From Alphaproteobacteria bacterium (GTDB lineage: Bacteria > Pseudomonadota > Alphaproteobacteria > JBKEAR01): 64,000 nt of DNA. Of the stretch, positions 11,101-22,149 are shown in pieces. Each line of letters opens with the position of its first letter. Positions within the stretch are counted from its first letter, which is position 1. Made by a program: the position numbers and the translations under genes. Location of the stretch: contig JBKEBO010000073.1 in NCBI GenBank assembly GCA_047973205.1, positions 19,393 through 83,392 of the forward strand, read 5' to 3'. The notes under the pieces are model-generated. The model was not told the origin of the DNA and ran no database searches. It saw only the letters and a program-made list of their open reading frames with translations.

Positions 11101-11802
11101 TCACGACGTAAAGGTTATACCCAAAAAGCCCGTGTGGGAGGCCATAAAGTTTATTTAAGAACAGGTGAATATGAAGATGGCTCATTAGCTGAAATCTTTG
11201 TGGATATGCATAAAGAGGGAGCCACTTTCCGCTCACTTATGAATAATTTTGCCATTGCGGTTTCTATTGGTTTGCAATATGGGGTACCGTTGGATGAATA
11301 TGTGGATGCATTTACATTTACTCGCTTTGAGCCTTCAGGCATGGTTGAGGGTAATGACTCCATTAAAATGGCTACATCGATTATTGACTATCTCTTCCGT
11401 GAGTTAGCGGTTTCTTATTTAGGCCGTGAAGAATTTGCCCATGTAACCCCAAAAGAAGTTAATCAGGAGCTTTTAGCAAGACCATCGGTTGGTTATGTTC
11501 GTCAGCTTAATTTTGGCTCATTTACAGTAATCTCTAATGGAGATGATCATCATAAACATAATGATAGTCATGATACAACGGATGTTGCCTCAGTAACTGC
11601 AGAGGTTAGCACGGCTACAGCCAATAAGACTCTATCTGGTGGTGTTGCGGTTGCAGAACAAACTAGTGTAGATAAAGCGGCTGAAGCTAAGCTCAAAGGC
11701 TATGAAGGAGATTCTTGCCCTGAATGTGGAAACTTTACCTTGGTACGTAATGGTACTTGCTTGAAATGCGTAACATGTGGTGGAACAACAGGTTGCTCCT
11801 AA
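8182..11802 (+). CDS. nrdJ: Vitamin B12-dependent (class II) ribonucleotide reductase
   Basis: [34 protein letters not shown] (thiyl Cys), APTGTIG; C-terminal TSCPD-like domain and CPEC/CVTC zinc ribbon ending GCS. SD aaggag. Confidence 0.97.
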   Translation: MRIERNFTREDHCIYDLIEFTHKNSEIKNPDGSIVFEARNFEVPKTWSQVAADIIAQKYFRRAGVPAYSKKVEEEGIPTWLQRSEPDTERLKDLPKAQRFVGENSAKQVFDRLAGTWTYWGFKNNYFDNEEDARSFYDEMRYILAMQMGAPNSPQWFNTGLHWAYGIDGHAQGHYYVDPQTKKLVKSKSSYEHPQPHACFIQSVKDDLVNEGGIMDLWIREARLFKYGSGTGSNFSHIRSEGESLSGGGKSSGLMSFLNIGDRAAGAIKSGGTTRRAAKMVIVNVDHPDIEEFINWKVREEQKVAALVAGSKITNAALKKIVVACQDTDEDDLFAQNAYDPQVNRKLRRAILDARAAMIPENYIQRVITMVKMGHDNVDFPTFDTDFTSEAYSTVAGQNSNNSIRVTDDFMHAVKNDSKWPLTSRTDGSTVKEISAKKLWEDIGYAAWACADPGIQFDTTINDWHTCPKSGRINASNPCSEYMFLDDTACNLASINLLAFQKSDGSLDINAYTHAVRLWTIVLELSVVMAQFPSKDIARLSYMYRTTGLGYANLGGFLMSAAIAYDSKEARGFTAAVTALLTGVAYKTSAEMAKEQGAFEGFAENKDDMLRVMRNHRRAIYCEKDTYENLHVHPLVANEADITDKELLAAARGAWDDALELGNLYGYRNAQVSVIAPTGTIGLVMDCDTTGVEPDYALVKFKKLVGGGYFRIINQCVPKALKRLGYEQDKIENIIRYAVGYGSLKNAPAVSYEQLEEKGFKHKQIEIIEEALKDAFDIRFVFNKWTLGESFLTEELGIDKALLDDHQFDLLKHLGFSKQEIDAANNHVCGTMTVEGAPHLQDEHLPIFDCATPCGRLGKRYLSAEAHILLMATAQPFLSGAISKTVNMPAGSTIEECMQAYELSWKSGIKANALYRDGSKLSQPLSAVALDDDTDEEELKAAEVAEQPQPDQAIYMAQKQINQIWKPKRHQPPSRRKGYTQKARVGGHKVYLRTGEYEDGSLAEIFVDMHKEGATFRSLMNNFAIAVSIGLQYGVPLDEYVDAFTFTRFEPSGMVEGNDSIKMATSIIDYLFRELAVSYLGREEFAHVTPKEVNQELLARPSVGYVRQLNFGSFTVISNGDDHHKHNDSHDTTDVASVTAEVSTATANKTLSGGVAVAEQTSVDKAAEAKLKGYEGDSCPECGNFTLVRNGTCLKCVTCGGTTGCS

Positions 11803-11832
11803 TAGATTATATCTGATTATTTTATAATAAGG

Positions 11833-11863
11833 AAAACCCTAAGTATAAGTACTTGGGGTTTTT
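11833..11863 (+). terminator. Intrinsic terminator after nrdJ
   Basis: aaaaccctaagta-taag-tacttggggtttt hairpin followed by T tract. Confidence 0.8.
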
Positions 11864-11958
11864 ATATTTTTTGCCTTTAAGTTTTATTAGGGTAAATATC
11901 TTTTAATAAGATAAATTATATTTATCATGAGCTTAAATATAATAGCCAATAAGAGGTA

Positions 11959-11987
11959 TTGACACTAGTATATATGAATGCTTTAAT
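11959..11987 (+). promoter_or_regulatory. Sigma70 promoter of the NhaC/PLP-lyase operon
   Basis: Perfect TTGACA, 17-bp spacer, TTTAAT; about 50 bp upstream of the ATG, which has SD aaggggag. Confidence 0.6.
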
Positions 11988-12037
11988 ATTTTTTATTATA
12001 ACTTATATATCTTTTTTGATAAAGGGGAGACAAAAAG

Positions 12038-13501
12038 ATGAATAATCAAACAAAACAAACACCTAATGGTAAAGATATTACATTTGGACTTGCTGTTATT
12101 CCTATATTAGTCCTTGTTTTACTATTGGTTACAGGCTTAGCTCTTTTACCTTTAGCTATTCATGGTTCACTTAATGAGGGTAGTGTTGCTTTAGAAACTA
12201 TATTCTTACTTGCGATTACTTTTGCGGTATTTTACATGTATCGTCTGGGTTTTAGCTGGAAGGAAATTCAAGAATCTGCTGCAAGTAAAGTGAAAGAATG
12301 CGTACCTGCATTGATGATTTTATTTGCGATTGGAGTACTTATTGGCTCTTGGATTATATCAGGTACAATCCCCATGCTGGTTTATTATGGAATTAAGATG
12401 ATTAATCCTCATTATATGTATATTGCAGCATTTTTAGTTCCTATTGTATTTTCGATGCTTACAGGAACATCTTGGGGTTCAGCAGGAACCATTGGTGTGG
12501 TGATTATGGGGGTTGCGATTGCTATTGATGCCAATTTAGCAATTACGGCAGGTGCAGTTGTGGGTGGATCTTATTTTGGTGATAAATTATCACCACTTTC
12601 GGATACTACAAATTTTGCAGCGATGGGGGCTGAGGTTGACCTTTACGATCATATTAAATCAATGCTTTATACCACAACACCAGCAACAATTATTGCGATT
12701 ACTTTATATGCAATTTTAGGCTTTACTAATAAGCCTGCCATTACAAGTCTTAATGACCCACAAGTTATAGAAACACTTAATAGTCTTCATGATGCATTTA
12801 ATTTTAATATTATATTGCTTGTACCACCCTTAATTGTTTTACTTGGGGCATTTACACGAAAACCCACGGCTCCAACATTGATTGTTTCTTCATTAGTGGC
12901 CGTACTTATTGGCTTGTTTATTCAGTCCTTTAGCGTTATTGATACTTTTAATGCTCTAAAGAGTGGTTTTAGCCTTTCTATGGTGCAGCATTTAGATAGC
13001 TTACCCCAGACAGACGTTCTAAAAACACTACAACGTGGTGGCTTATATAATCTGATTGAAGGTATTGTTGTTGCTATGATGGTTTTTACTTTCTTAGGTG
13101 TTCTAGAACTTATTGATGCGGTATCCATTATGGTTAAGGGGGCTTTTGCTTGGATTAAAGGGGCAAGAACACTGGTGATTACTACATTGATTTCTACAGG
13201 TATTACCAATGCTCTAACCGCCAACCAAACAGCGGTGAGCTTTCTAATTGGTGGAATATTTCGTAAAAAATATGATGATATGGGAATACAAAGACGCGTG
13301 CTTTCACGCTCGATCGAAGATAATGGGACATTGCTCGAAAGCTTACTCCCATGGCACCCTACAGGTATTTTTATGGCATTAACTTTGGGCGTGCCTGTGG
13401 CTCAATATGCACAATTCCAATTTTTAAGCTTAGCCAATATCGCCATTGCCTTTCTTTATGCTATTTTTGGACTATTTATTTTTAAAGTAAAGGATAAGTA
13501 A
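12038..13501 (+). CDS. NhaC family transporter (Na+/H+ antiporter or amino-acid/organic acid transporter)
   Basis: GVLIGSWIISGTIPMLVYYG, GTSWGSAGTIG, GSYFGDKLSPLSDTT, LSRSIEDNGT..LLPW: NhaC signatures. Confidence 0.9.
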   Translation: MNNQTKQTPNGKDITFGLAVIPILVLVLLLVTGLALLPLAIHGSLNEGSVALETIFLLAITFAVFYMYRLGFSWKEIQESAASKVKECVPALMILFAIGVLIGSWIISGTIPMLVYYGIKMINPHYMYIAAFLVPIVFSMLTGTSWGSAGTIGVVIMGVAIAIDANLAITAGAVVGGSYFGDKLSPLSDTTNFAAMGAEVDLYDHIKSMLYTTTPATIIAITLYAILGFTNKPAITSLNDPQVIETLNSLHDAFNFNIILLVPPLIVLLGAFTRKPTAPTLIVSSLVAVLIGLFIQSFSVIDTFNALKSGFSLSMVQHLDSLPQTDVLKTLQRGGLYNLIEGIVVAMMVFTFLGVLELIDAVSIMVKGAFAWIKGARTLVITTLISTGITNALTANQTAVSFLIGGIFRKKYDDMGIQRRVLSRSIEDNGTLLESLLPWHPTGIFMALTLGVPVAQYAQFQFLSLANIAIAFLYAIFGLFIFKVKDK

Positions 13502-13503
13502 TA

Positions 13504-14685
13504 ATGAAATTATCAACATTGCTCAGTCATTTTGGTGAAGATAGTCAACAAGATCCTTATGGAGCAGTTATTCCACCCCTCTATCAAAATAGTCTTTTTA
13601 CCTTTAAGGATTGGGATGATATTGAAGAAGGTTTTGCTAATCCAGTGGATAGATGTATCTATTCACGAGGCAATAATCCTACAGTACAAATTGTTGAAAA
13701 AAAGATAGCTGCTCTTTGCGGCGGAGAAAAAGCTAAACTTTTTGGCTCAGGTATGGGAGCTATATCCTCAGCTATTATGCATTATGTTAAAGCTGGTGAT
13801 CATGTACTAACCATTAATAATATTTATGGACCAACTAATAATTTTTTAAATAACTATCTTACAAGTAATATGGGCTTAGAGGTCAGCTTTGTTGAGGGGG
13901 ATAACTTACAAGAAATTAAAGGTGCTTTGCAAGATAGTACTAAGCTGATTTATCTAGAAAGTCCATCATCAGTTAAATTTATTCTGCAGGATATTAAAGC
14001 TATTAGCCAAATGGCTAAAGAACGTGGTATCAAAACGGTTATTGATAATACATGGGCTACACCAATTTTCCAAAAACCACTAGATATGGGTATTGATTTA
14101 GAAGTACATTCTTGTTCTAAATATTTTGGGGGGCATAGTGATTTAGTCTCAGGAGTGATTGTTGGAAATACAAAAGATATTGAGGCTATTGCTGCTAATG
14201 AATATGCTCTTTTTGGAGCTGCGGCATCACCATTTGAAGCTTGGCTTATTTTGCGTTCCATGCGAACTATGAAGCTTCGCCTTAATCAGCATATGCAAAC
14301 AAGTATAAAGGTGGCAGAATTTTTAGAAGCTCATCCACTAATTAAACAGGTTAATTACCCTGGGCTTCCATCTTTTAAACAATATGATCTAGGACAAAAG
14401 CAGATGAGTGGTTATACAGGGCTTATGTCTTTTGAGATTGATACCGATGATTTAGAAAAACTTAAAAAATTTACTAATGCTCTAAAAATATTTAAGCTTG
14501 GTGTAAGCTGGGGAGGGCATGAGAGCCTTGCCTTTGTTCCTGCAGTAGCCTATCTACAAGAAATGCCAAGAGAACGATTTGAGGAGATGAAAATTACTTT
14601 AGCAATGGTGCGTATTTCGGTAGGATTGGAAGATGCTGAAGACCTCATCGGAGATCTTAGTATAGCACTTGAACAAGTTCAGTAA
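13504..14685 (+). CDS. Cys/Met metabolism PLP-dependent enzyme (cystathionine lyase/methionine gamma-lyase-like)
   Basis: YSRGNNPT, SGMGAIS, DNTWATP, HSCSKYFGGHSD (PLP Lys), GVSWGGHESL, RISVGLED. Confidence 0.9.
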   Translation: MKLSTLLSHFGEDSQQDPYGAVIPPLYQNSLFTFKDWDDIEEGFANPVDRCIYSRGNNPTVQIVEKKIAALCGGEKAKLFGSGMGAISSAIMHYVKAGDHVLTINNIYGPTNNFLNNYLTSNMGLEVSFVEGDNLQEIKGALQDSTKLIYLESPSSVKFILQDIKAISQMAKERGIKTVIDNTWATPIFQKPLDMGIDLEVHSCSKYFGGHSDLVSGVIVGNTKDIEAIAANEYALFGAAASPFEAWLILRSMRTMKLRLNQHMQTSIKVAEFLEAHPLIKQVNYPGLPSFKQYDLGQKQMSGYTGLMSFEIDTDDLEKLKKFTNALKIFKLGVSWGGHESLAFVPAVAYLQEMPRERFEEMKITLAMVRISVGLEDAEDLIGDLSIALEQVQ

Positions 14686-14703
14686 GCATAAATTAAAATA
14701 GCA

Positions 14704-16527
14704 TCAACCGCCAGGATTTTTATTTGTAGTTCCTTTTGTATGGCTATAGTCAAGAGATATAATCTTCCATCCTGCTTTAGGACTAATAGGATTATGGTCT
14801 CCAAAGACACGCACCATATCATGAGGAGTAATTGCCAATAGAGGAATTATCTTAGGCTGTTCCATAAGATACTCAAAAGTAAACTCATCAGAAAGCTCGG
14901 TGGTTCGTATTTTTGCTCCTTTAGCTAAAAGTGAGCTAAACTTAGCAAAACTAATATCTGGGTTAAGTTGTATTCCTTTTAGGCCAAGATCGATACGATT
15001 ATTTTCACTTTGGCTTTTACTATGAGCATTTAAATTAAATATATGTTTTTGTCCAAATTCACGGCGATACTTCATGGCAGCTATAGAGTTTAAGCTAGGA
15101 TCGGGTGATACAGTTAAAAGGTGACCAATACCGACTAAATCAAGACGGTAATCGGCACTTTTAGAAACAGGATTTCCATAATAAGTCTGAAGCCCCTGAA
15201 GTTTGGCTTCTTTAATATTGACCCAAGTTGAAGAAGCTAAGATGACTCGGAAGCCTAAATCCTGAAGAGCATGGCCAAGGCTTTGAGCAATAGAATTGGC
15301 TCCAACAATTAAAAAGCCCTTAGGCTCAGGCTCCCGAACATTAAGAAAAGTTGCTAAGGGAGCAGCAGTAATTGATTGAAAAACAACCGTACCAATAATC
15401 ATAAAAAAAGTTAACGGCACTAAAAGTTCCGCACCATCCATACCAGCCTCGCCAAGACGAAAAGCAAAAAGAGCTGAAACAGCTGCAGCTATAATCCCAC
15501 GGGGGCCAATCCATGCAGTAATGATACGTTCATTTCGTGAAAGGCGAGGTGAGTTATAAGCGGAAGCAAAGACAGCTAAAGGACGAGCAATAAATTGCAT
15601 CACAAATAAAATACCTAAAGCAGGGAAGAATATTTGACCTAAGCCCGAAAGCTCAATACGAGCTGAAAGTATAATAAAAAGAGCAGAGATAAGTAATACA
15701 GAAAGATGCTCTTTAAAATGTAAAATTTCCTTAATATGGACATCTTTCATATTGGCCATAAGTATTCCCATAACCGTAACAGCTAAAAGTCCAGATTCTT
15801 CGGCCAATTCATTAGAAAAAGCAAAAGCAACTAAAACAAAAGCTAAAGCAGTAAGAGTTTGAAGATAATCAGGAACAAGGTAACGGCGTAGGGTTATTCC
15901 TAAAATTTGACCAAATGTAAGCCCTATAAGAGTTCCGATAATAAGAATACGAATAAAGACTGCAGCGGTATCAATAATAGTGGAGCCTGTACCAACCTCA
16001 GATGCAAGCCATGTATAAACTAAGACTGCAAGTAAGGCTCCTATAGGGTCAATAAGAATGCCCTCCCATCTTAAAATAGAGCTGACTTGCGATGATGGTC
16101 GTATGGAGCGTAGCATAGGAACAATTACTGTAGGACCTGTAACGACAACTAAAGCTCCAAATAACCAAGAAATACCCCAACTAATTTGCATGATGAAATG
16201 GGTGGCAATAGTAATAATCGTCCAGTTAATGAGCATGCCGATACTAATAAGGTTTCGGATAGTGAGGCGTAGGTCTTTGACTTCGCTAAAGTGGAGGCTT
16301 AAAGAACCCTCAAATAAGATAATAGCTACAGAAAGAGAAACAACAGGCATTAAAAGATAGGAGAAAGTCTTATCAGGATTAAATAGTCCAGTAATAGGCC
16401 CTAAAAATAATCCAGCAAAGAGTAGAAATAAAATAGCGGGTAGTTGAACTCGCCAAGCTACGTATTGGCAAAGAGCAGAAATAGCGATAAGAAAGGGGAT
16501 TAGAATTTCCAGATGTTCTAGATGCAT
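14704..16527 (-). CDS. CPA1/NhaP-type cation:proton antiporter with C-terminal nucleotide-binding (TrkA-N-like) domain
   Basis: ILFEGSL, VTGPTVI, WEGILIDPIG, GPRGIIAAAV; soluble tail with FLIVGANSIA. Confidence 0.9.
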   Translation of the reverse strand: MHLEHLEILIPFLIAISALCQYVAWRVQLPAILFLLFAGLFLGPITGLFNPDKTFSYLLMPVVSLSVAIILFEGSLSLHFSEVKDLRLTIRNLISIGMLINWTIITIATHFIMQISWGISWLFGALVVVTGPTVIVPMLRSIRPSSQVSSILRWEGILIDPIGALLAVLVYTWLASEVGTGSTIIDTAAVFIRILIIGTLIGLTFGQILGITLRRYLVPDYLQTLTALAFVLVAFAFSNELAEESGLLAVTVMGILMANMKDVHIKEILHFKEHLSVLLISALFIILSARIELSGLGQIFFPALGILFVMQFIARPLAVFASAYNSPRLSRNERIITAWIGPRGIIAAAVSALFAFRLGEAGMDGAELLVPLTFFMIIGTVVFQSITAAPLATFLNVREPEPKGFLIVGANSIAQSLGHALQDLGFRVILASSTWVNIKEAKLQGLQTYYGNPVSKSADYRLDLVGIGHLLTVSPDPSLNSIAAMKYRREFGQKHIFNLNAHSKSQSENNRIDLGLKGIQLNPDISFAKFSSLLAKGAKIRTTELSDEFTFEYLMEQPKIIPLLAITPHDMVRVFGDHNPISPKAGWKIISLDYSHTKGTTNKNPGG

Positions 16528-16677
16528 AAAAATTATCTCTTTAATAATAAAACTAAAAAAGACTATATCATAAAATTATTATCTATTAATAGAGGTATTT
16601 AGCTGTTGAGTGATGATTTTTATTTTCTAAAAATGTATTTCAATAAACTAAGCAACTGTAAAGGGTATATAGTAAAA

Positions 16678-17022
16678 TCATTGGCAAGATTTTTTAGGAT
16701 TTTTTTCGTAAACAGAACCTTTTGTCCAAAAATCTTGGCCAATAAGAATCTCTTTATCTTTACGCTGACGGAGTTCAAGCAAAAATTCACCTCCACGATT
16801 ATGGGGGATATGAATCATATTACCTTGCATATAATAGGAGCTTTTAAGCTTTTCGATAGATAAAATAGTTGCTTTTTTGCCTTGGCTAAGAACAAAACCA
16901 TCATAAATACCTTCTCCCTTTAAATCCCATTGACCACAGATAGCAGTATTTGTACCTTGAGATAAGGCTGAGAAGCCACTAAAACCACCTATAAAAGATA
17001 ATAAAACAATTAAACTTTTTTT
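16678..17022 (-). CDS. Hypothetical exported protein
   Basis: MKKSLIVLLSFIGG signal-like start; small beta-rich mature part (ICGQW...) with two Cys. Confidence 0.65.
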   Translation of the reverse strand, partial: KKSLIVLLSFIGGFSGFSALSQGTNTAICGQWDLKGEGIYDGFVLSQGKKATILSIEKLKSSYYMQGNMIHIPHNRGGEFLLELRQRKDKEILIGQDFWTKGSVYEKNPKKSCQ

Positions 17023-17130
17023 CATAAGAATTCTAAACTCCATTGCAGAGTCTACTTTTTAATAAAAAAATATGGCAATTAGCGGGCAAAAGGATTATTT
17101 TTGTAAAGATTAAATAAAAGGAAAAGTAAA

Positions 17131-18318
17131 ATGGCTGACAAGCAAGTAAAAAAACGTTTTGAAACAAATGCAATTAACACAGGGACAGAAGTTTCACAAT
17201 TCATGGAAACATCAGAACCCATTTACATGAACTCAGGTTTTGTTTACTCATCGGCTGAAGAGGCAGAGGCTGCATTTAAAGGTGATATTCAACGTCATGT
17301 TTATGCTCGTTTTCATAACCCTACAAGTGATGCTTTAGAAGCACGTTTAGCAATTCTTGAAGGAGGTGAAGCTTGTCGTGTAACAGGTAGTGGGATGTCT
17401 GCTATTTTTACTACACTCATGGGGCTTTTAGAGCAAGGAGACCATATTGTTGCAGCTCGTTCTATGTTTTCTTCCTCCTTTTATATTATTACAGAGATTC
17501 TTCCTCGATTTAATATTAAATATACTCTTGTGGATGATGCCGATATTGCATCATGGAAACAAGCCTTAAGCAAACCAACAAAGTTAGTACTTATCGAAAC
17601 ACCAACGAATCCAACTTGTGAGATTTTAGATGTTAAAGCTATTTGCGAACTTGCCCATTTTCAAAATGCTCAGGTGATTGTGGATAACGCCTTTGCTTCG
17701 CCAGCTTTGCAACGTCCTATTGAACAGGGAGCAGATATTATTATTCACTCAACCACAAAGTATATTGATGGTCATGGCCGTGCTTTAGGTGGAGCAATTA
17801 TTGGGAGAGAAGAGCTTTTTGAAGAGCCCTTAGGACCTTTTATTCGCCACACGGGACCTAACCTTTCGCCTTTTAATGCTTGGTGCATGCTTCAAGGCTT
17901 AGAGACCCTTAGTATTCGTATAGATAAACACTGCCAAAATGCCATGAAAGTTGCAGAATTTTTAAATGAGCATAAAAAGACAAATAAAGTCTATTATCCA
18001 GGGCTTCCTAGCCATAAGAATCACAATATAGCAGCTAAGCAAATGGATGATTTCGGTGGTATGCTAGCCTTTGAGGTAATGGGAGGTAAAGCGGGAGCAT
18101 TTAAAATGATGAATGCTCTTAAGACTATCCATATCTGTAATAATTTAGGGGATACAAAAAGTTTAATTTGTCACCCATTTACATCAACCCATGCCTCAAT
18201 GGAAGAAGGTGAAAAACTCAGACAAGGAATTACCGAAGGGCTATTACGCTATTCGGTGGGTATTGAAAATGCTGATGATATCTTAGAAGATTTAGATCAG
18301 GCCCTCAGCAAGGTTTAA
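17131..18318 (+). CDS. metZ: O-succinylhomoserine sulfhydrylase
   Basis: ETSEPIYMNSGFVY, YARFHNPT, HSTTKYIDGHGRALGG, LSPFNAW, NNLGDTKSL. Confidence 0.88.
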   Translation: MADKQVKKRFETNAINTGTEVSQFMETSEPIYMNSGFVYSSAEEAEAAFKGDIQRHVYARFHNPTSDALEARLAILEGGEACRVTGSGMSAIFTTLMGLLEQGDHIVAARSMFSSSFYIITEILPRFNIKYTLVDDADIASWKQALSKPTKLVLIETPTNPTCEILDVKAICELAHFQNAQVIVDNAFASPALQRPIEQGADIIIHSTTKYIDGHGRALGGAIIGREELFEEPLGPFIRHTGPNLSPFNAWCMLQGLETLSIRIDKHCQNAMKVAEFLNEHKKTNKVYYPGLPSHKNHNIAAKQMDDFGGMLAFEVMGGKAGAFKMMNALKTIHICNNLGDTKSLICHPFTSTHASMEEGEKLRQGITEGLLRYSVGIENADDILEDLDQALSKV

Positions 18319-18325
18319 AATGGTC

Positions 18326-19030
18326 CTATGGAAGCATTTCGTCAACCCATAAAGGAACAATATCACTAGCTTTACCATGGCGAGTTTCTTTAAATAGACT
18401 TGCTGTAAGGCTTGGCTCTAGATTAAGCTCTATCGTATGACCTTTGGGATTATAATAGTGGGCAAGTTCAACAAAGCCTGCTGCAGGATAAACATTGCCT
18501 GATGTACCAATAGAAGCAAAAATATTGCAGTTGCGTAATTTTTCTTCAATAAAGTCCATATAAAAAGGCATTTCACCAAACCAAACAATATGCGGCCTCA
18601 TATAGCCTTTAAGTTGACAGTTAGGGCAAATAGAAGATGCATCTAAACTGGCTGTCCATTCACTTACATGCTCACAATGATTACAACGAGCCTTATTGAG
18701 TTCGCCATGCATATGATATATATTTTGATTACCTGCTGTTTCATGGAGGTTATCAACATTTTGGGTGATAATTACAAGGTTATCACCATAGACTTCTTCT
18801 AAGTGAACTAAAGCAAGATGGGCCTTATTGGGAACAATATTTTCCTCATGGAGCTGCTTACGACGAAGATTATAGAAATGATAAACAAGCTCAGGATTTC
18901 GTGAAAAAGCCTCAGGGGTTGCGACATCTTCTATACGATGATTTTCCCAAAGTCCGTTATTATCTCTAAAAGTTGATAAACCTGATTCAGCAGAGATTCC
19001 AGCTCCTGTTAGAATAACAATTTTTTTCAT
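18326..19030 (-). CDS. cobB: NAD-dependent protein deacylase (class III sirtuin)
   Basis: GAGISAESG, FYNLRR, TQNVDNLHE, HGEL, two CxxC, RPHIVWFGE, GTSGNVYPAA. Confidence 0.95.
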   Translation of the reverse strand: MKKIVILTGAGISAESGLSTFRDNNGLWENHRIEDVATPEAFSRNPELVYHFYNLRRKQLHEENIVPNKAHLALVHLEEVYGDNLVIITQNVDNLHETAGNQNIYHMHGELNKARCNHCEHVSEWTASLDASSICPNCQLKGYMRPHIVWFGEMPFYMDFIEEKLRNCNIFASIGTSGNVYPAAGFVELAHYYNPKGHTIELNLEPSLTASLFKETRHGKASDIVPLWVDEMLP

Positions 19031-19227
19031 CCTGTTATGTCTCCTGAGATTTTTTGCACGACATAAGCAGCGTTTATAATAATGATAAAAACAATCACTA
19101 GCATTATAAAGCTGGGTGAAAATGGTAAGTGATTATTGATAGGATCTTCCATTTTACGTTTTTCTAGAATACGTAAAATCCAAAGGAGAAAGCCCGAAAC
19201 AATAAAAATAAGAATAGATAGTAGCAT
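19027..19227 (-). CDS. Small 2-TM membrane protein
   Basis: 66 aa with two hydrophobic segments; ATGA overlap with the cobB start. Confidence 0.6.
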   Translation of the reverse strand: MLLSILIFIVSGFLLWILRILEKRKMEDPINNHLPFSPSFIMLVIVFIIIINAAYVVQKISGDITG

Positions 19228-19305
19228 AATCTCAATATTGCAATTTTATAAAAACTAACTCATAATAAATAAAATTTTTTTAAAAGCAAAGGAAGAAGTA
19301 TTATT

Positions 19306-21153
19306 ATGCCTGATTATCGCTCTAAAACCTCAACATCTGGACGCAACATGGCTGGAGCTCGTGCCCTATGGCGGGCAACGGGTGTAAAAGAAGAAGACTT
19401 CGGCAAACCAATTATAGCCGTTGTGAATAGTTTTACACAATTTGTGCCAGGCCATGTTCACTTAAAGGATATTGGGCAACTGGTTGCTAAAGAGATAGAA
19501 AAATCAGGAGCAATTGCTAAAGAATTCAATACAATTGCAGTTGATGATGGTATTGCTATGGGGCACGGGGGCATGCTTTATAGCCTTCCAAGTCGTGACC
19601 TTATTGCCGATAGTGTTGAATATATGTGTAATGCCCATACGGTGGATGCTATGGTTTGTATCTCCAATTGTGATAAGATTACTCCTGGGATGATGATGGC
19701 CGCTATGCGATTGAATATTCCTTCGATATTTGTATCAGGTGGTCCTATGGAGGCAGGTAAAGTTATATGGCAAAATGGAAAGTTACAGTCTGTAGACTTA
19801 GTGGATGCAATGATACAAGCAGCTGACCCTAATTGTTCGGATAAAGATATTGAAAATATCGAGCGTTCGGCTTGCCCTACATGTGGCTCTTGCTCAGGTA
19901 TGTTTACAGCGAACTCTATGAATTGTTTAGCAGAAGCTATTGGTTTAGCCTTACCTGGTAATGGGACAATATTAGCGACACATATCAAGCGGAAAGATTT
20001 ATTTTTAAATGCAGCTCAAGAGATTGTGCGTATAACTAAAGCCTATTATGAAAAAGGTGATAAAAGCGTATTACCCCGAAGTGTTGCTAGCTTTAAAGCT
20101 TTTGAAAATGCTATGAGCTTAGATATTGCTATGGGTGGCTCGACCAATACGATCTTACATCTTTTAGCTATTGCTCAAGAGGCTGAAGTTGACTTTAGCA
20201 TGGCGGATATTGACCGTTTATCACGCCGTGTGCCATGTTTATGTAAGGTTGCTCCAAATATCGAGAATGTTCATGTGGAAGATGTTCATCGCTCTGGTGG
20301 GATTATGGGAATTTTAGGTGAGCTTGACCGTGGTCATCTTTTACATACAGATGTTCCTGTTATTCATGCAAAATCTATGCAAGATGCTTTAGATAAATGG
20401 GATATTGTGAGAAACCCTACCGAAGATGTTCGTGAACTTTACCGAGCTGCTCCAGGTGGAGTACCAACACAAGAGGCTTTTAGTCAGTCCCAATATTGGG
20501 AAAGCTTAGATGATAATCGTGAAAAAGGGATTATCCGTAATGTTGAAAATGCCTTTACTATTGAGGGTGGCCTTGCGGTTCTCTTTGGTAATATTGCTAA
20601 GCGTGGTTGTATTGTTAAAACTGCTGGTGTGGATGAAAGTATTCTTAAATTTACGGGTAAGGCTCATGTAGTTGATAGTCAAGAAGCTGCAGTTGCTGAA
20701 ATTTTAGGTGGTGAAGTTAAAGAGGGATATGTGGTCATTATTCGCTATGAAGGCCCGCAAGGTGGTCCAGGAATGCAGGAGATGTTATATCCGACTTCTT
20801 ATTTAAAATCTATGGGGTTAGGGAAAAAATGTGCTCTTTTAACCGATGGCCGTTTTAGTGGTGGAACCTCAGGGCTTTCTATTGGCCACTGTTCACCAGA
20901 AGCTGCTGAAGGTGGAGCTATTGGGCTTGTGGAAAATGGGGATATTATCGAGATCGATATTCCTAATCGGAGCATTAATATTAAAATATCTGATGATGAG
21001 CTCGCAAAAAGACGTGGTCAGATGGAAGCAAGAGGTGATAAAGCTTGGAAACCTAAACGCAAACGTTTTATACCTAATGCTCTTAAAGCTTGGGCATATT
21101 TTGCTACCTCAGCTGATAAAGGTGCAGTCAGAGATTTAAGCAAGTTAAAATAA
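19306..21153 (+). CDS. ilvD: Dihydroxy-acid dehydratase
   Basis: [61 protein letters not shown]. Confidence 0.98.
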   Translation: MPDYRSKTSTSGRNMAGARALWRATGVKEEDFGKPIIAVVNSFTQFVPGHVHLKDIGQLVAKEIEKSGAIAKEFNTIAVDDGIAMGHGGMLYSLPSRDLIADSVEYMCNAHTVDAMVCISNCDKITPGMMMAAMRLNIPSIFVSGGPMEAGKVIWQNGKLQSVDLVDAMIQAADPNCSDKDIENIERSACPTCGSCSGMFTANSMNCLAEAIGLALPGNGTILATHIKRKDLFLNAAQEIVRITKAYYEKGDKSVLPRSVASFKAFENAMSLDIAMGGSTNTILHLLAIAQEAEVDFSMADIDRLSRRVPCLCKVAPNIENVHVEDVHRSGGIMGILGELDRGHLLHTDVPVIHAKSMQDALDKWDIVRNPTEDVRELYRAAPGGVPTQEAFSQSQYWESLDDNREKGIIRNVENAFTIEGGLAVLFGNIAKRGCIVKTAGVDESILKFTGKAHVVDSQEAAVAEILGGEVKEGYVVIIRYEGPQGGPGMQEMLYPTSYLKSMGLGKKCALLTDGRFSGGTSGLSIGHCSPEAAEGGAIGLVENGDIIEIDIPNRSINIKISDDELAKRRGQMEARGDKAWKPKRKRFIPNALKAWAYFATSADKGAVRDLSKLK

Positions 21154-21164
21154 GTTAAAGAGTT

Positions 21165-22097
21165 CTAACAAATCTCAGAACGTTTATGAGCTACAAGAGA
21201 TTGAGCTTCAATAAAGATACGCTTAACGTCAGGATAAGCCGATTTAACCTTATTTTCGAGGTGACTAACAATTGTTTCAATCTCAGATGAGCTTAGACCA
21301 TCAATAAAATCGAGGCTCATAGTGACTAGAATACTATCGGGGGCAACCTGCATAGTTAAAAGCTCATTGACAGAAACTTTATCTTGATATTCTTTGATAA
21401 TATTGAGTATTTCAGCCTCAACTATAGGACTTGCAGCCTCACCAATAAGCAATGATTTAGCCTCTTTTGCCATAATGAATGATACGATAAATAATAATAT
21501 TCCAATGGCAATAGAGGCTAAAGTATCAGCCATATAAAAATGAAAAATATGAGCGGAGAATACACCAATAAAAGCTAAAACAAGGCCTAAAAGAGCTGCA
21601 GTATCTTCTAACAATACAGTGAACATTGCAGGGTCTTTGCTCTCTTTAATGGCTTTAAAAATAGGTGTATTACCACGAACTTTATTAAATTCTTTAACAG
21701 CTATATAAAGGGCTGCTCCTTCGAAAATCATGGCAAAGGTCAAGACAATATAATTGATAAAGGGGCTTTTTAGCTCATGGGTTGGGGCGGATAGTTTATG
21801 AAAACCTTCGTAAATAGAAAAACCACCACCTAAGGCAAATATTAAAATGGCAACAATAAAAGCCCAAAAATAAAGCTCTTTACCGTAACCAAAAGGGTGG
21901 CTACGGTCTGCAGGTTTATTACTCTTTTTTAAGCCATAGAGTAAAAGCCCTTGATTGCCTGTATCGACAAGGGAGTGAATAGCCTCAGAAAACATTGCTG
22001 AAGAACCTGTAATTGCAGAAGCTATAAATTTAGTAATAGCAATTGCCCCATTGCCTAAAAGAGCCGCAATAACAACCTTTTTTGAACCTGAAGCCAT
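21165..22097 (-). CDS. Cation diffusion facilitator family transporter
   Basis: EAIHSLVDTGNQ, HPFGYGKE, LLEDTAAL, C-terminal cytosolic domain. Confidence 0.92.
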   Translation of the reverse strand: MASGSKKVVIAALLGNGAIAITKFIASAITGSSAMFSEAIHSLVDTGNQGLLLYGLKKSNKPADRSHPFGYGKELYFWAFIVAILIFALGGGFSIYEGFHKLSAPTHELKSPFINYIVLTFAMIFEGAALYIAVKEFNKVRGNTPIFKAIKESKDPAMFTVLLEDTAALLGLVLAFIGVFSAHIFHFYMADTLASIAIGILLFIVSFIMAKEAKSLLIGEAASPIVEAEILNIIKEYQDKVSVNELLTMQVAPDSILVTMSLDFIDGLSSSEIETIVSHLENKVKSAYPDVKRIFIEAQSLVAHKRSEIC

Positions 22098-22149
22098 GTA
22101 GAACCTTTGTTTTTCTATTATTTCATTGATTTAGAATAGCAAGAAAAAG

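Noticed and set aside
8182-11802. Intein or intron in the long nrdJ
   Set aside because: Length and continuous motifs fit the long alphaproteobacterial NrdJ; no intein splice or LAGLIDADG motifs seen.
16606-16863. 85-aa plus-strand ORF
   Set aside because: Overlaps the better-supported signal-peptide ORF on the minus strand.
18326-19030. Sirtuin as an anti-phage SIR2 effector
   Set aside because: Canonical zinc-binding CobB with housekeeping neighbours; no defence partners.
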